From positions 32,001 through 96,000 of the IMG/VR virus record IMGVR_UViG_3300042503_001836: a DNA stretch of 64,000 nucleotides; one strand, 5' to 3'. Positions within the stretch are counted from its first letter, which is position 1, and every line of letters starts with the position of its first letter. A model generated the notes under the pieces. The model saw only the letters and a program-made list of their open reading frames with translations. It was not told the origin of the DNA and did no database searches. Source of the stretch: a virus. Made by a program: the position numbers and the translations under genes. Positions 10,503 through 20,464 of this stretch are shown here, in pieces.

Positions 10503-10727
10503 ATGAAACTATTAACAGGAAAACAAGACGCGATCACACAATATAAACAACAATCAACACAGCCTATAATATATGAGGCTGAAGTAGTTGATTTACATCC
10601 TGAACCAGTGGCAGACATAGATTTTTTTAGATGTCCAACGGCTGAAGACATAGCACAAGCAGAACAGGAATTAGAACAAACTAGAAAGTTATCTTACTGG
10701 CAATGGCTTAAAAGTGTGCTAGGATAG
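10503..10727 (+). CDS. hypothetical protein
   Basis: 74-aa ORF. Confidence 0.5.
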   Translation: MKLLTGKQDAITQYKQQSTQPIIYEAEVVDLHPEPVADIDFFRCPTAEDIAQAEQELEQTRKLSYWQWLKSVLG

Positions 10728-10854
10728 GATTGTTAATCAAGGTTCATAAATCCACTAGGTGTAACAAGCGTTTCAGGTGTTATGCCTTATTTTTTATTTA
10801 TTAACAACTAGCAGATATCATGACCGAAAATAATGGGATACAAGCCCCGTCCTT

Positions 10855-11262
10855 TTAGGACGGCTTTTCTTGATTTTTAATACACTCCTTCAATATTTCT
10901 AGCGGCGCACCTCCTACAGAAATAGCAAAATAACTAGGACTCCATAATGCTTCTTTATGGGGTTTTTTATAGCCAGCTTGTCCGTATCTACGACTAGATA
11001 CACCTTTTAAAGCATTTACTATCTGGGAAATAGATAATTTAGGCGGGTACTCAATAAGTGCATGAACGTGATTATCTTCACCATTAAACTCAATCACTTG
11101 AAAGTTCATTTTTTCAGCAACTTCCCGAAATGATTTCTCAATCAAATCAATACTTTCTCCAGTAAATACAGACCGACGATATTTAGTAACACAGACTAAG
11201 TGAATCTTTAAGTCTGTAACACTATGTCTTTCACGCCTAAAGATAGTTGCCATTTTAATCAA
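10855..11262 (-). CDS. tnpA: Y1 HUH transposase TnpA, catalytic Tyr apparently replaced by Cys
   Basis: HLVCVTKYRR, EDNHVHALI (HUH), LKGVSSR, LWSPSYF; terminal motif reads KECIKNQ rather than KEYIxNQ. Confidence 0.9.
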   Translation of the reverse strand: MIKMATIFRRERHSVTDLKIHLVCVTKYRRSVFTGESIDLIEKSFREVAEKMNFQVIEFNGEDNHVHALIEYPPKLSISQIVNALKGVSSRRYGQAGYKKPHKEALWSPSYFAISVGGAPLEILKECIKNQEKPS

Positions 11263-11304
11263 ACCAATATATAATTAATCTACCAACCAATTATAGCACT
11301 GATT

Positions 11305-12492
11305 ATGAAAGCCAGATATCAGTATCGTTTTTACCCCACAATTCAACAACAACAGAGTCTAGCTCAGTTGTTTGGTTGCGTTCGGGTGGTATGGAACGAT
11401 GCTTTGGCTATTTGTAAACAAGCAGAAAAATTGCCAAGCAATAATGATTTGCAAAAACTAGTTATTACTCAAGCAAAGAAAACTGCTGAACGTAATTGGT
11501 TGTCCGAGGTATCTAATATTCCTTTGCAGCAATCAGTTGCAGACTTAGGGGTTGCCTACAAAAACTTTTTTGACTCCATTAAAGGTAAGCGAAAAGGTAA
11601 AAAATTTGGGAGTCCCAAGTTTAAAAAGAAAACAAATCAGCAATCGGCACGGTTTAGAATTGGTGGTTTTTCAATTAAAGGAAATGAAGTTTATCTTGCT
11701 AAAATTGGAAACGTAAAACCAATCTGGTCTAGGGAATTACCAGCTTCGCCTAGTTCTGTAACAGTAATCAAAGATTGTGCTAATCGTTATTTTCTTAGTT
11801 TTGTAGTAGAAGTTGAACCTGTTAATATTGATGCCAAAAACCAAAGTATCGGTATTGATTTAGGAATTAAAACTTTTGCTGTCATGAGTAATGGGGAAAA
11901 AGCTAAAAGTCCTGATTACGCACAATTAGATAGGAAAATTCGTAAACTTCAAAAGAAGTTAGCACGTCAATCGAAAGACTCAAAGCGCAGAAATAAAACC
12001 CGAATTAAAATTGCAAAACTCCATAATCAAATTACTGATATCCGTAAAGACTTCTTGCACAAATTATCTACCAAAATTATTAACGAAAACCAAGTTATTG
12101 TTTTAGAAGACTTGAATGTGTCGGGCATGGTCAAAAACCGCAAACTTGCCAGAGTAATTAGTCTACAAGGATGGAGGCAATTTAGAACTTTATGCGAGGG
12201 TAAATCGCAAAAGTTTAATAGGGATTTTCGTGTTATTAGCAGATGGGAAGCAACAAGCCAAATTTGCTCTGAATGTGGATACAAATGGGGTAAACTTGAT
12301 TTGAAAATTCGGTCGGTTAAGTGCATGAGTTGTGGAACTGAACACGACCGAGACGAAAATGCTGCCAAAAATATAAATAAAGTCGGGATAGGGCATTGCC
12401 ACGACTCTAAACGGACGCAGAGACAGAATAAGACTACTTCGGTAGCATCAGTCGGTGAAGCGTCAAGAATCACCGCGCCTTTAGGTCGGTGA
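11305..12492 (+). CDS. tnpB: RNA-guided endonuclease TnpB
   Basis: YRFYPT...FGCVRVVWN HTH; RuvC GIDLG, VLEDL, HDRDENAA; Zn finger CSECG/CMSCG. Confidence 0.95.
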   Translation: MKARYQYRFYPTIQQQQSLAQLFGCVRVVWNDALAICKQAEKLPSNNDLQKLVITQAKKTAERNWLSEVSNIPLQQSVADLGVAYKNFFDSIKGKRKGKKFGSPKFKKKTNQQSARFRIGGFSIKGNEVYLAKIGNVKPIWSRELPASPSSVTVIKDCANRYFLSFVVEVEPVNIDAKNQSIGIDLGIKTFAVMSNGEKAKSPDYAQLDRKIRKLQKKLARQSKDSKRRNKTRIKIAKLHNQITDIRKDFLHKLSTKIINENQVIVLEDLNVSGMVKNRKLARVISLQGWRQFRTLCEGKSQKFNRDFRVISRWEATSQICSECGYKWGKLDLKIRSVKCMSCGTEHDRDENAAKNINKVGIGHCHDSKRTQRQNKTTSVASVGEASRITAPLGR

Positions 12493-12494
12493 GT

Positions 12495-12698
12495 ATGTCA
12501 AAACAGTATTTACAAGATTTAATAGATTTGAAGACTAAAGATCATCCTGAGATTGGAGATTGGTATATAGAGTACCGACCTTTTGATGGTTGGTATACTG
12601 TACCAGACTATCCAAGGTACACTGGTGATCCTGGTGAGTTTCTGGGTGCTAACTGGAAACAGAGCGCAAAAGCGATAAAAAGATTTTATAAACCTTGA
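12495..12698 (+). CDS. small phage protein interrupted at its 5' end by the IS
   Basis: ATG supplied by the IS right end; an orphan ATG ACC GAA start lies left of the IS at 10820. Confidence 0.55.
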   Translation: MSKQYLQDLIDLKTKDHPEIGDWYIEYRPFDGWYTVPDYPRYTGDPGEFLGANWKQSAKAIKRFYKP

Positions 12699-12766
12699 TC
12701 TATTACGCAGTTATTTGGATTCTGTTCCATCCCTAAAATTATTTTAAATTATTTTTCTCAAAACAC

Positions 12767-12795
12767 TTGACATTAATTTTAAGTGCTGTTATATT
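12767..12795 (+). promoter_or_regulatory. sigma70-type phage promoter
   Basis: TTGACA-17 bp-TATATT with TG extended -10; same motif recurs elsewhere in the window. Confidence 0.75.
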
Positions 12796-12833
12796 AATGA
12801 TATAAGGAAAGCCACCGAACGTCTTAATTCCCG

Positions 12834-13445
12834 GTGGCGATGCAAAAAGTTATGTCTACCACAATAGCACGTCCAGTTCTTAAAAAACAACCTCGCAAAG
12901 TTCAATCATTAAACCAAGTCAGCAAACACTACTATGAAGTAGTAGGAGACACTGGTAATCTCTACCAGTATGATTCTTTGATGGACTGCTGTAACTGCAA
13001 GGCAGGGCAGAACGGAATAGACTGCTATCATGCTAAAGCAGTCAGAGATAAAATAGAATACGACAACTTAAACAAGACTGAGTATCTAGTAGGAATACCC
13101 ACCACGGACATAGGTGGTATGATTCACGATCTTGGCTTAACTGCCAAATTTAAGGGTTTAGTTACCATTTGTGAGTTTTGGGGTGGACAACAAGCCATGT
13201 TAATTCAGGTCTACCACAAAGATTATTTTCTGTGTGAGATACATTGTATAAACCGTATTTTTGTTATTACAAACAACATGACTGGTAGATCCAAGACTCA
13301 TTGCCCCAAGGATCGGGGTGTGCTAGAAGTTCTTAAAGATAATTTACAGCGTCTTCGGAACTCCAGTCAATACTGGGATAGACAAGAAGCCAAAAACGCC
13401 TTACTTCCTACAGGTAACTGGGGTGTAATCAACGCAGGATTGTAA
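12834..13445 (+). CDS. SWIM zinc-finger-like protein
   Basis: Y.V....G..Y...CNCKAGQNGIDCYH (CxC..CxH). Confidence 0.6.
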   Translation: MAMQKVMSTTIARPVLKKQPRKVQSLNQVSKHYYEVVGDTGNLYQYDSLMDCCNCKAGQNGIDCYHAKAVRDKIEYDNLNKTEYLVGIPTTDIGGMIHDLGLTAKFKGLVTICEFWGGQQAMLIQVYHKDYFLCEIHCINRIFVITNNMTGRSKTHCPKDRGVLEVLKDNLQRLRNSSQYWDRQEAKNALLPTGNWGVINAGL

Positions 13446-13594
13446 AATTAAACAAAATAAAAGCGATGACCCACATCATCGCTCCAACCGATATCTCATT
13501 CATATAAAATAGTAGCATAAAGTATTTTTATATGAGTGAGATATTTTATTGTTTTGTGTAGTATGCTAGAAAACAGTCGTTATTATGCAGAACA

Positions 13595-13873
13595 ATGAAC
13601 AAAACAGAATTTGTATCAGCTATATTTGAAAGAACAAAACTCAAAAAGAATCAAGCTAAAGAAGCCATTGATGCTGCCTTAGAAATAATCCAAGAACAAG
13701 TAGCATCCGGTGAGTCTGTAGATTTTGTAGGCTTTGGATCTTTTTGTTCTGTGGAACTAAAAGAAAGAGAAGGCATTAACCCAAAAACTAAAGAAAAGAT
13801 TAGTATTCCTGCTAAAGTAACTCCTAAGTTTAAGCCAGGTAAAGCGTTTAAAGAGTTAGTTGCTAAAGCATAA
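13595..13873 (+). CDS. hup: HU family histone-like DNA-binding protein
   Basis: MNKTE..., VGFGSF, REGINPKTKEKISIPA...PKFKPGKAFKE. Confidence 0.95.
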   Translation: MNKTEFVSAIFERTKLKKNQAKEAIDAALEIIQEQVASGESVDFVGFGSFCSVELKEREGINPKTKEKISIPAKVTPKFKPGKAFKELVAKA

Positions 13874-13876
13874 AAA

Positions 13877-13912
13877 CAAAACCTCAGACTTATATAGTTC
13901 TGAGGTTTTTTT
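13877..13912. terminator. bidirectional intrinsic terminator
   Basis: AAAACCTCAGA...TCTGAGGTTTTTT between convergent genes. Confidence 0.75.
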
Positions 13913-13916
13913 ATAC

Positions 13917-14723
13917 TTATTTTTTTGGTAGTTCCAATACTTTTTTCTTAGGTGGTTCAGTCGTTGGTAGCTCTGTTATTTTACTAGGTAATACTTTCTT
14001 GATAGTTTCTACCGGATCACTAGTTACTACACCAACAGTTATTTTTTTCTTAACCAGTGGCTTATCCCCAGTTGGTTCAACTGTGATCACTTTCTTATTT
14101 TTTTTCTTTTTGATTTTCTTTTTGAGGCTTTTTAGTAGACTCTTATCCGGCACTTCTTCACTAATTAATTGATGACTGACTACTTGCAATTGACCATCTT
14201 CAAGCTTACAGACTAAAGCAGCTAATTTATGCTTATATAGTCCCCATAGGTCATCTGTAGCTGATACTTTAACTTTAAAACTACGAGTAGCAAAATTGAC
14301 CTTATGTTTAGTTGGTATTGGACTGTTAAAGTTCCGCTTAAGAATAAATTGGTAAACCTTCTCTTCTTTTTTACCACCCACTAATGCACCTGTAACCAAA
14401 AAGCAATTATCCACACCTTCTAGACCACATCCCACAATCGTAAATTGAACAGTTGCAGTGTTATCTTCAGTAGCCAATCTGTTTCTAAACCATACTAAAA
14501 AATAGTGAGATTTTGAGTATAAATTTTTTACTACTTGCCTACATTTAATGTGTACAAAAGCAGGAAACTCACCGTATTTAGTTTTCAGAACACCTTTACC
14601 CTTGTTTATCCCAGTCTGGTCTTCTAAATATGTGAACTTACCTTTAACTGTTCCCAATGCTTGAAAACCAGCATGATTAGGTATAGGTTCAATCTTGAAT
14701 GAGGGTTTGATTTTAGTTGCCAT
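13917..14723 (-). CDS. hypothetical basic protein
   Basis: 268-aa ORF with Lys-rich C-terminus. Confidence 0.7.
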   Translation of the reverse strand: MATKIKPSFKIEPIPNHAGFQALGTVKGKFTYLEDQTGINKGKGVLKTKYGEFPAFVHIKCRQVVKNLYSKSHYFLVWFRNRLATEDNTATVQFTIVGCGLEGVDNCFLVTGALVGGKKEEKVYQFILKRNFNSPIPTKHKVNFATRSFKVKVSATDDLWGLYKHKLAALVCKLEDGQLQVVSHQLISEEVPDKSLLKSLKKKIKKKKNKKVITVEPTGDKPLVKKKITVGVVTSDPVETIKKVLPSKITELPTTEPPKKKVLELPKK

Positions 14724-14793
14724 TGCTGTAGTCCTGTTTTATCTAGCAGTATGGCATATTCTAGGCAGCTTGTAAAATGTGTGATTATTTTGC

Positions 14794-14822
14794 TTGACAT
14801 TATAATAAAATGGTGATATATT
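14794..14822 (+). promoter_or_regulatory. sigma70-type phage promoter
   Basis: TTGACA-17 bp-TATATT upstream of ORF 14852. Confidence 0.7.
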
Positions 14823-14851
14823 AATGAAAACAAACAAAGGTAAAATAACTT

Positions 14852-15136
14852 ATGGCAACCTATAAAATTTTTTACAATGCCTACATTGATCAAGAATCCC
14901 ACCCAAGTATAACTACTAAACAATCAGCAATAAAAATTGCTAAAACTTTGACCACTAATCAAGTTGGCGATTTCGACTGGGATGAAGATTGTAAATCCTT
15001 AAACTTCTGTGAATACGTCTTGGTTGAGGCAGAAACTCAACGGGAAGCGGTAGAATTTAACCCGGCAGCAATGCCACAAATAAAAGATGCGGATTATGCA
15101 GGAGTATCAAAACTTCGTAAAGCAAAAGTAGCATAA
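14852..15136 (+). CDS. hypothetical protein
   Basis: 94-aa ORF with its own promoter and a downstream hairpin (15138-15176). Confidence 0.65.
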   Translation: MATYKIFYNAYIDQESHPSITTKQSAIKIAKTLTTNQVGDFDWDEDCKSLNFCEYVLVEAETQREAVEFNPAAMPQIKDADYAGVSKLRKAKVA

Positions 15137-15258
15137 TAAAAACCCCATGACTTGAAGTGTTTTAGTCATGGGGTTTGTGTGGATCTAGTACAAGTAACTT
15201 AGATTATAACATAAAATAAATAAGTTGCTTAAAATGCCAACTATTAAGTAAAACAAAA

Positions 15259-16362
15259 ATGAAAGTAATATGCTCCGTTGTTGATCTGCGTGATCAACTA
15301 GAAAAACTGGTATTAGCTTGTAATACTAAGTATTCCCCTACTCTTAGCTATGTTTTAGTAGAATCAAAAGATTCTATTATAAGAATGACCACTACTGACT
15401 TAAGCATTAGCTTATCAATAACTGTAGTAGGTCAAGTAGTAAAGTCTGGTAACGGTTTACTACCATGTAAGCAGTTATTAAGCTTACTTAAAGTTTTAGC
15501 TGCTGATGAAGTAGTTTTGACTATAAATGATGAAATCTGTTTAGTACAAACTAATACAGGTAATTACCGATTACCAAGCGAACCGTTTACAAATTTTCCC
15601 AACTTACCCACAATACAAGATGGGGACACTTATCAGCTAGAAGCAAAGAAACTTACTGAAGGTATAAAAGCAGTTTTATTTAGTGCTAGTACAGATGAAA
15701 CTAAAGGTGTTTTATGTGGAGTGCATCTGACCATGCTACAAGGACATAATTTAGAATTTGCAACTACTAATGCTCATATACTTTCATTAATAGAATTAAC
15801 TAGTGAATATACAAACTCTGATACAGAGTTTACTATTCCTAACCAAGCTTGTTTGTTGCTGCAAAAACTCCTAGAAAAAGTTGATGATGTCAAGATCACT
15901 GTTAAAGATTCGGACATTGCCTTTGAGTTTGATAATTACAAACTTACTAGCCGATTGTTAGAGGGACAATACCCAAGATATTATCATTTGTTCCCTCGAC
16001 AGTTTGATAAAAAACTAACTGTTGATCGGGTAGCTTTACTTGATGCTGTTGAGAAAATTCAAGTAATATCATCATTAAAAAATAATGGTGTTATTTTTAA
16101 TCTAAGTCTAGAAAATCAAGAAATAAATCTAACATCTCAAGTAACAGAGGTGGGTATCACAAAGATATCCTTACCAGCACAAATATCCGGTGATAGTTTG
16201 AAAACTGCGTTTTATTGTCCATACTTAGTTAGCGTATTAAAAAATCTTTCATCTACTGAAGTGCAGATTAAGCTTAATGCTAAATTAACCCCTGTAGTGT
16301 TTTCCCCATTAAGCACTCAGAAAATCAAATATTTAGTAATGCCCTTTGAAATCAGAAAATAA
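15259..16362 (+). CDS. dnaN: DNA polymerase III beta sliding clamp
   Basis: 367 aa; TTDL, FPNLP, FSASTDETKGVLCGVH, SRLLEGQYPRY, YLVMP C-terminus. Confidence 0.9.
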   Translation: MKVICSVVDLRDQLEKLVLACNTKYSPTLSYVLVESKDSIIRMTTTDLSISLSITVVGQVVKSGNGLLPCKQLLSLLKVLAADEVVLTINDEICLVQTNTGNYRLPSEPFTNFPNLPTIQDGDTYQLEAKKLTEGIKAVLFSASTDETKGVLCGVHLTMLQGHNLEFATTNAHILSLIELTSEYTNSDTEFTIPNQACLLLQKLLEKVDDVKITVKDSDIAFEFDNYKLTSRLLEGQYPRYYHLFPRQFDKKLTVDRVALLDAVEKIQVISSLKNNGVIFNLSLENQEINLTSQVTEVGITKISLPAQISGDSLKTAFYCPYLVSVLKNLSSTEVQIKLNAKLTPVVFSPLSTQKIKYLVMPFEIRK

Positions 16363-16365
16363 AAA

Positions 16366-17772
16366 ATGAAAATCATAACAACAATTAAAGAAATAACTGA
16401 AGCTTTACCTGGACTATTAGCTGTAATTCCTAAGCGTCCTACCCATGCAGTGTTAGCTAATATTTACTGCCAAACCATAAAAGAAAACGGTAAAGAAGGT
16501 ATTAGATTAAGGGCAACTAATTTACAGTCATACCTCACAGTTTTTATTGCCTGTAATGTAGTGGAATCTGGCGAGTGCTGTATACCTGCTAAATTGTTTT
16601 CTGATATCATCACCAAAACTAAATCTAGCGGTGTATTAGAGTTAATCCTATCTGGTAATGGTGAAGAATTAACAATAGGAACTAACAATCTGAAACAAGC
16701 TATTAAAGCTTATGACAGTCCTGAGTTCATAGAGTTTCCAAAACCTGAAAAAACAGATAAACAAGTGACTGTTGATGGTATTCAGTTTTTCAATAAAGCT
16801 AAAACCTTGTGTGAACACATCAGCAAAAATAGTTACACAGAAAACCTTAATAATGTACATTTAGCTTATGGTAAACTCGCAGCCTGTGATGGTCATAAAT
16901 TAGCCTATGCAGATTTGAAAGTAAGCAAAGATGCACCTAGTATTTTTATACCGCCAGATTTAATTCCAGTTTTAAATAAATTGAATCTGGTCAAAAAATT
17001 AAAGGGCTTAGAGAACACTGATATTACTTTTAGTGTACAGGAATATGAATTAACAAACGGTGATCTACTGTTCTTTAACTTTGATAATTGGGAACTAATA
17101 CAAGGCACTCGCAGTTATAAACCACTACCTGACACAAATTTAGAAGATGGTACTGTTTACACTGATGTAGAGTTTGATAGGAAGCACTTATTATCAAGAA
17201 TAAAAGCGGCAATCATTTGTAATGAAAAGAAGATTACAAGGTTATGGTTGCATTTACAAGCAGGTAATCTTCACTTTATTACAGATAATAGTTCCGACTA
17301 TTTAGAAGCTTATACTTCTGGTGTGATTGCTTCCTGTTTGATAGAGGCTGAAAAGCTTGTACAGATAGTGGATAGTTTAAAAACTAAAACAATTAAAATC
17401 AAACTACCCCATTCTTGGGGATTGTTAGGCGTGGAAGTAGATGATTTTAACATTGGTTTATTATTAATGAAATCTAAGGATTATGATCAAATAACTTTAG
17501 ATGAGTTTGTAGAAACTATAGGTGTAGAAAGTCCAGTAGAGATTACTTGGAAAGAATTACCACAGTTATCTACAGAAGTTAATCATGAAACTGAGGAAGC
17601 ATTACCAGAAATAAAATCAACGGCTGTTGCTGTGTTAGAACCCGTTACCACAGAACCAACTATTGATAGCCAAGTGAAGGATGCTACTACACATCTACAA
17701 AACCTTTTGGCTACTGTCACAGATGTACAACTTAAAGAAGCAATAGTTAAAGAAGTTTTAGCTTTAGTTTAG
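16366..17772 (+). CDS. second, divergent beta-clamp-like protein with C-terminal extension
   Basis: IPKRPTHAVLANI, LRATNL, IPAKLFSDII, EFIEFP, LAACDGHKLA match DnaN N-terminal domains. Confidence 0.7.
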   Translation: MKIITTIKEITEALPGLLAVIPKRPTHAVLANIYCQTIKENGKEGIRLRATNLQSYLTVFIACNVVESGECCIPAKLFSDIITKTKSSGVLELILSGNGEELTIGTNNLKQAIKAYDSPEFIEFPKPEKTDKQVTVDGIQFFNKAKTLCEHISKNSYTENLNNVHLAYGKLAACDGHKLAYADLKVSKDAPSIFIPPDLIPVLNKLNLVKKLKGLENTDITFSVQEYELTNGDLLFFNFDNWELIQGTRSYKPLPDTNLEDGTVYTDVEFDRKHLLSRIKAAIICNEKKITRLWLHLQAGNLHFITDNSSDYLEAYTSGVIASCLIEAEKLVQIVDSLKTKTIKIKLPHSWGLLGVEVDDFNIGLLLMKSKDYDQITLDEFVETIGVESPVEITWKELPQLSTEVNHETEEALPEIKSTAVAVLEPVTTEPTIDSQVKDATTHLQNLLATVTDVQLKEAIVKEVLALV

Positions 17773-17836
17773 TAACATTCCCCAGAAATATCTGGGGATT
17801 TAACAAGTTTCAAACTATCTTAATAGGACACTACAA

Positions 17837-19402
17837 ATGTTAGAAAATGAATTTTTTCCCACACCTAACGCAACTATAGGCGAAATGGTCAGCTTTGCTA
17901 ATTACAAATCTGGTAATGCTGGTTCAGTATTAGATCCTAATGGTGGATCTGGTGCAATTCTAGACTATCTAAAGGAGTTTAATACAAACAGATTTAATAA
18001 TAGTGATATAAGAAAATTCTATGCTTTAGAAATTAATCAAGATTTAAAATACACGCTTCAGGGTAAAGGTTATAAAGTTTTGGGTTTTGATTTCCTGGAA
18101 TATGATGAGCCGATGACTTTTAATTGGATCTTTATGAATCCGCCATTTAGTAACGGCGTTGATCATGTTCTTAAAGCATATACACATTTAAAAGACGGTG
18201 GCACATTAGTTGCTTTACTCAACGCCCAAACAATTAAGAATCCCCATACCAAGAATAAGCAAAACTTGATTCACCTGCTTTGTAAATCTTTCAATGAGCA
18301 AAGCAAAGACGGATGGAGTATTAACTACTCAGAAAATAACCTGACAGATGCCCTAGAACACCTTGAAAATCAGAAGAGGATTAAATGGTTAGGTAGATGT
18401 TTTACTAATGCAGAACGCCCTACAACTGTTGAGGTTGTCATGCTTAAAATTACTAAACCTAAAAAGTTAGTAACCATTAACTTTGAGGAAATTAAATTTG
18501 ATCTAGATGCTGAATTAGGTCAACAACAATTTAACCCTAATGCCTTAGCTAGTCGGGATATAGTTAGAGACTTAGTAGCACGTTATAACGCTGTGAGGAA
18601 AATAGTAATAGAACGCTACGAGACACAAGCAAAACTAGACTTTTACTTACAAGGTATATCAGATTCAGTTTATGGTACATTTGATCGTAATGATAGATAT
18701 GATAAGACTACAACCTGTTTAGACAATGAGACAGACTTAAACACCCAGCTTGCTTATTTAAAGTCAAGATTTTGGAACACAGTATTTATCAAAACTGAAA
18801 TAGGAAACAAGGCAACATCTAACTTTAGGAAGAAATTTGAAGAATTTACAGTACAACAATCTACAATTGCATTTACTGAAGAGAACGTTAAAGAAGTTTT
18901 ATATCTCTTTATTGCCAACATGGGATCTATGATGCGTGATTGTGTGATAGAGATTTTTGATAAAGCCACTGCGTATCATGAAAAGAATCAAATACATAAC
19001 GAAGGATGGAAAACTAACAAATCTTGGAAACTTAATAAAAGAATAATTGTTCCCAATGGTGTAACTTTTGATGGTAGATGGTCAGATGATGGAAGTTTTA
19101 GCATTAACTATTATCAAAGTGATTTTCTCAATGATTTAGATCGCGTTATGAATTTTTTATCAGGAATAAAGTCCGATAAAGACAACAGATACAATGGATC
19201 AACTTATTCCACAATTAGCAACTTTTGTAATAATTATCAAAAGTATGGTAAACACTACTCTGATACTTTTGAGAATGAGCATTTCAAGTTTAAGATTTTT
19301 AAAAAAGGTACATTGCATATAGACTTCAAAGATTTAAAAGTCTTGGAACAGATTAACCGTATAGCTGCCGAAGGTAAAAATTGGTTAGGTCAAGGCTGTT
19401 GA
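17837..19402 (+). CDS. SAM-dependent amino-DNA methyltransferase with DUF4942-like C-terminus
   Basis: EFFPTP, VLDPNGGSG (motif I), MNPPF (motif IV), GWKTN..W, FKKGTLHIDF. Confidence 0.82.
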   Translation: MLENEFFPTPNATIGEMVSFANYKSGNAGSVLDPNGGSGAILDYLKEFNTNRFNNSDIRKFYALEINQDLKYTLQGKGYKVLGFDFLEYDEPMTFNWIFMNPPFSNGVDHVLKAYTHLKDGGTLVALLNAQTIKNPHTKNKQNLIHLLCKSFNEQSKDGWSINYSENNLTDALEHLENQKRIKWLGRCFTNAERPTTVEVVMLKITKPKKLVTINFEEIKFDLDAELGQQQFNPNALASRDIVRDLVARYNAVRKIVIERYETQAKLDFYLQGISDSVYGTFDRNDRYDKTTTCLDNETDLNTQLAYLKSRFWNTVFIKTEIGNKATSNFRKKFEEFTVQQSTIAFTEENVKEVLYLFIANMGSMMRDCVIEIFDKATAYHEKNQIHNEGWKTNKSWKLNKRIIVPNGVTFDGRWSDDGSFSINYYQSDFLNDLDRVMNFLSGIKSDKDNRYNGSTYSTISNFCNNYQKYGKHYSDTFENEHFKFKIFKKGTLHIDFKDLKVLEQINRIAAEGKNWLGQGC

Positions 19403-19485
19403 TTTGAATAACAGAAAGCACATTTAGATTCAACTAAATGTGCTTATCATACTTAAAAAATGATTTAATATTTTGTACTTACAAG

Positions 19486-19514
19486 AAAAAACCCTGAAGT
19501 TATCAGGGTTTTTT
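19486..19514. terminator. bidirectional intrinsic terminator
   Basis: AAAAACCCTGA...TCAGGGTTTTTT. Confidence 0.7.
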
Positions 19515-19515
19515 A

Positions 19516-20064
19516 TCACACTTTTTTATAAGTTTTTCCGTTCTTAATCAAGTTGATTGTTTGCCGGCTAACTCCATATTTCTTAGCAAGGTAGCCACCT
19601 ATTCTACCATTAGCAATACCGGGAACACCTTCTTTAAATGCTTCTCTGATTTCCTTAACTTGTTCAATAGTCAAGGCATAACTAGAGTTTTCTGTTAGTG
19701 GTTTTTGTGGTTGGTTCATACTACTTAAATAAGTTCTAAACTGGTGTATAGTTTGTTTTTCAGGATCAAACTCATTTAAAAAGAGGTTTTTATGCTCTTC
19801 TGGTAAAGCATCCCACCAAGGTCTTTCTTGGAGTGGTTTCCTCCTTAAACTTTCTTTCCTATGCCAAATACTTGCCTTTGCTTTTTGCTCATCTGTTAAT
19901 GGTTTTCTAGGTCTAGATTTCTTAGCTATTCGCGCCATAATCTTGATTTTATCTTTATATTTTGCCCTGTATCTCAGATTAGCTTCTACGTGTGCTGGTA
20001 ATTCAAATGCTTCGGAATAATCCTGATTTCTTCTGAATCTCATAGTTTCGCCTTTGTGTTTCAA
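19516..20064 (-). CDS. HTH DNA-binding protein
   Basis: C-terminal LTIEQVKEIR...LAKKYGVSRQTINLIKNGKTY HTH of the type attached to phage HNH proteins. Confidence 0.65.
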   Translation of the reverse strand: MKHKGETMRFRRNQDYSEAFELPAHVEANLRYRAKYKDKIKIMARIAKKSRPRKPLTDEQKAKASIWHRKESLRRKPLQERPWWDALPEEHKNLFLNEFDPEKQTIHQFRTYLSSMNQPQKPLTENSSYALTIEQVKEIREAFKEGVPGIANGRIGGYLAKKYGVSRQTINLIKNGKTYKKV

Positions 20065-20172
20065 AATGATATTTATTAGTATAGCAGCATAGCTATATTT
20101 AATATTAATGTCAAGTACCCATAAAAAAAGATAGCTTGTTAGGCTATCTTATGTTTGTTTTATTTGTGTACT

Positions 20173-20460
20173 CTATAAAACATGGTAATACCAATGTTTA
20201 AATTCCCTAGCTTGCCGTCCTTCCTCAGCTATAAGTTGTTCTAATTTTTTAAAATCATGATCATAATCAGGATCAAACTTTCGGTAGTTACCTAACACAA
20301 TACTAAGATCATTCTCTAGTTCTATTCCACGCCGTTCTACTCGGCTGTAGAGTTTATCAAATGTTTTATCCATGTCTCTAATATCATGTAATTGTGTTAC
20401 ATGACCATCCCAGCGATCTATTAATTTGTAGCCATCTAATATGGCATATCCTTTAAGCAT
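20173..20460 (-). CDS. hypothetical protein
   Basis: 95-aa ORF in a small operon. Confidence 0.6.
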   Translation of the reverse strand: MLKGYAILDGYKLIDRWDGHVTQLHDIRDMDKTFDKLYSRVERRGIELENDLSIVLGNYRKFDPDYDHDFKKLEQLIAEEGRQAREFKHWYYHVL

Positions 20461-20464
20461 TGTT

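Larger units (their letters stand above)
10830..12501. mobile_element. IS200/IS605-family element (divergent tnpA + tnpB)
   Basis: Left hairpin AAGCCCCGTCCTTTTAGGACGGCTT (10842-10866); right end GAATCACCG...CGGTGAGTATGTCAA ending in TCAA at 12501; left boundary approximate. Confidence 0.9.
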
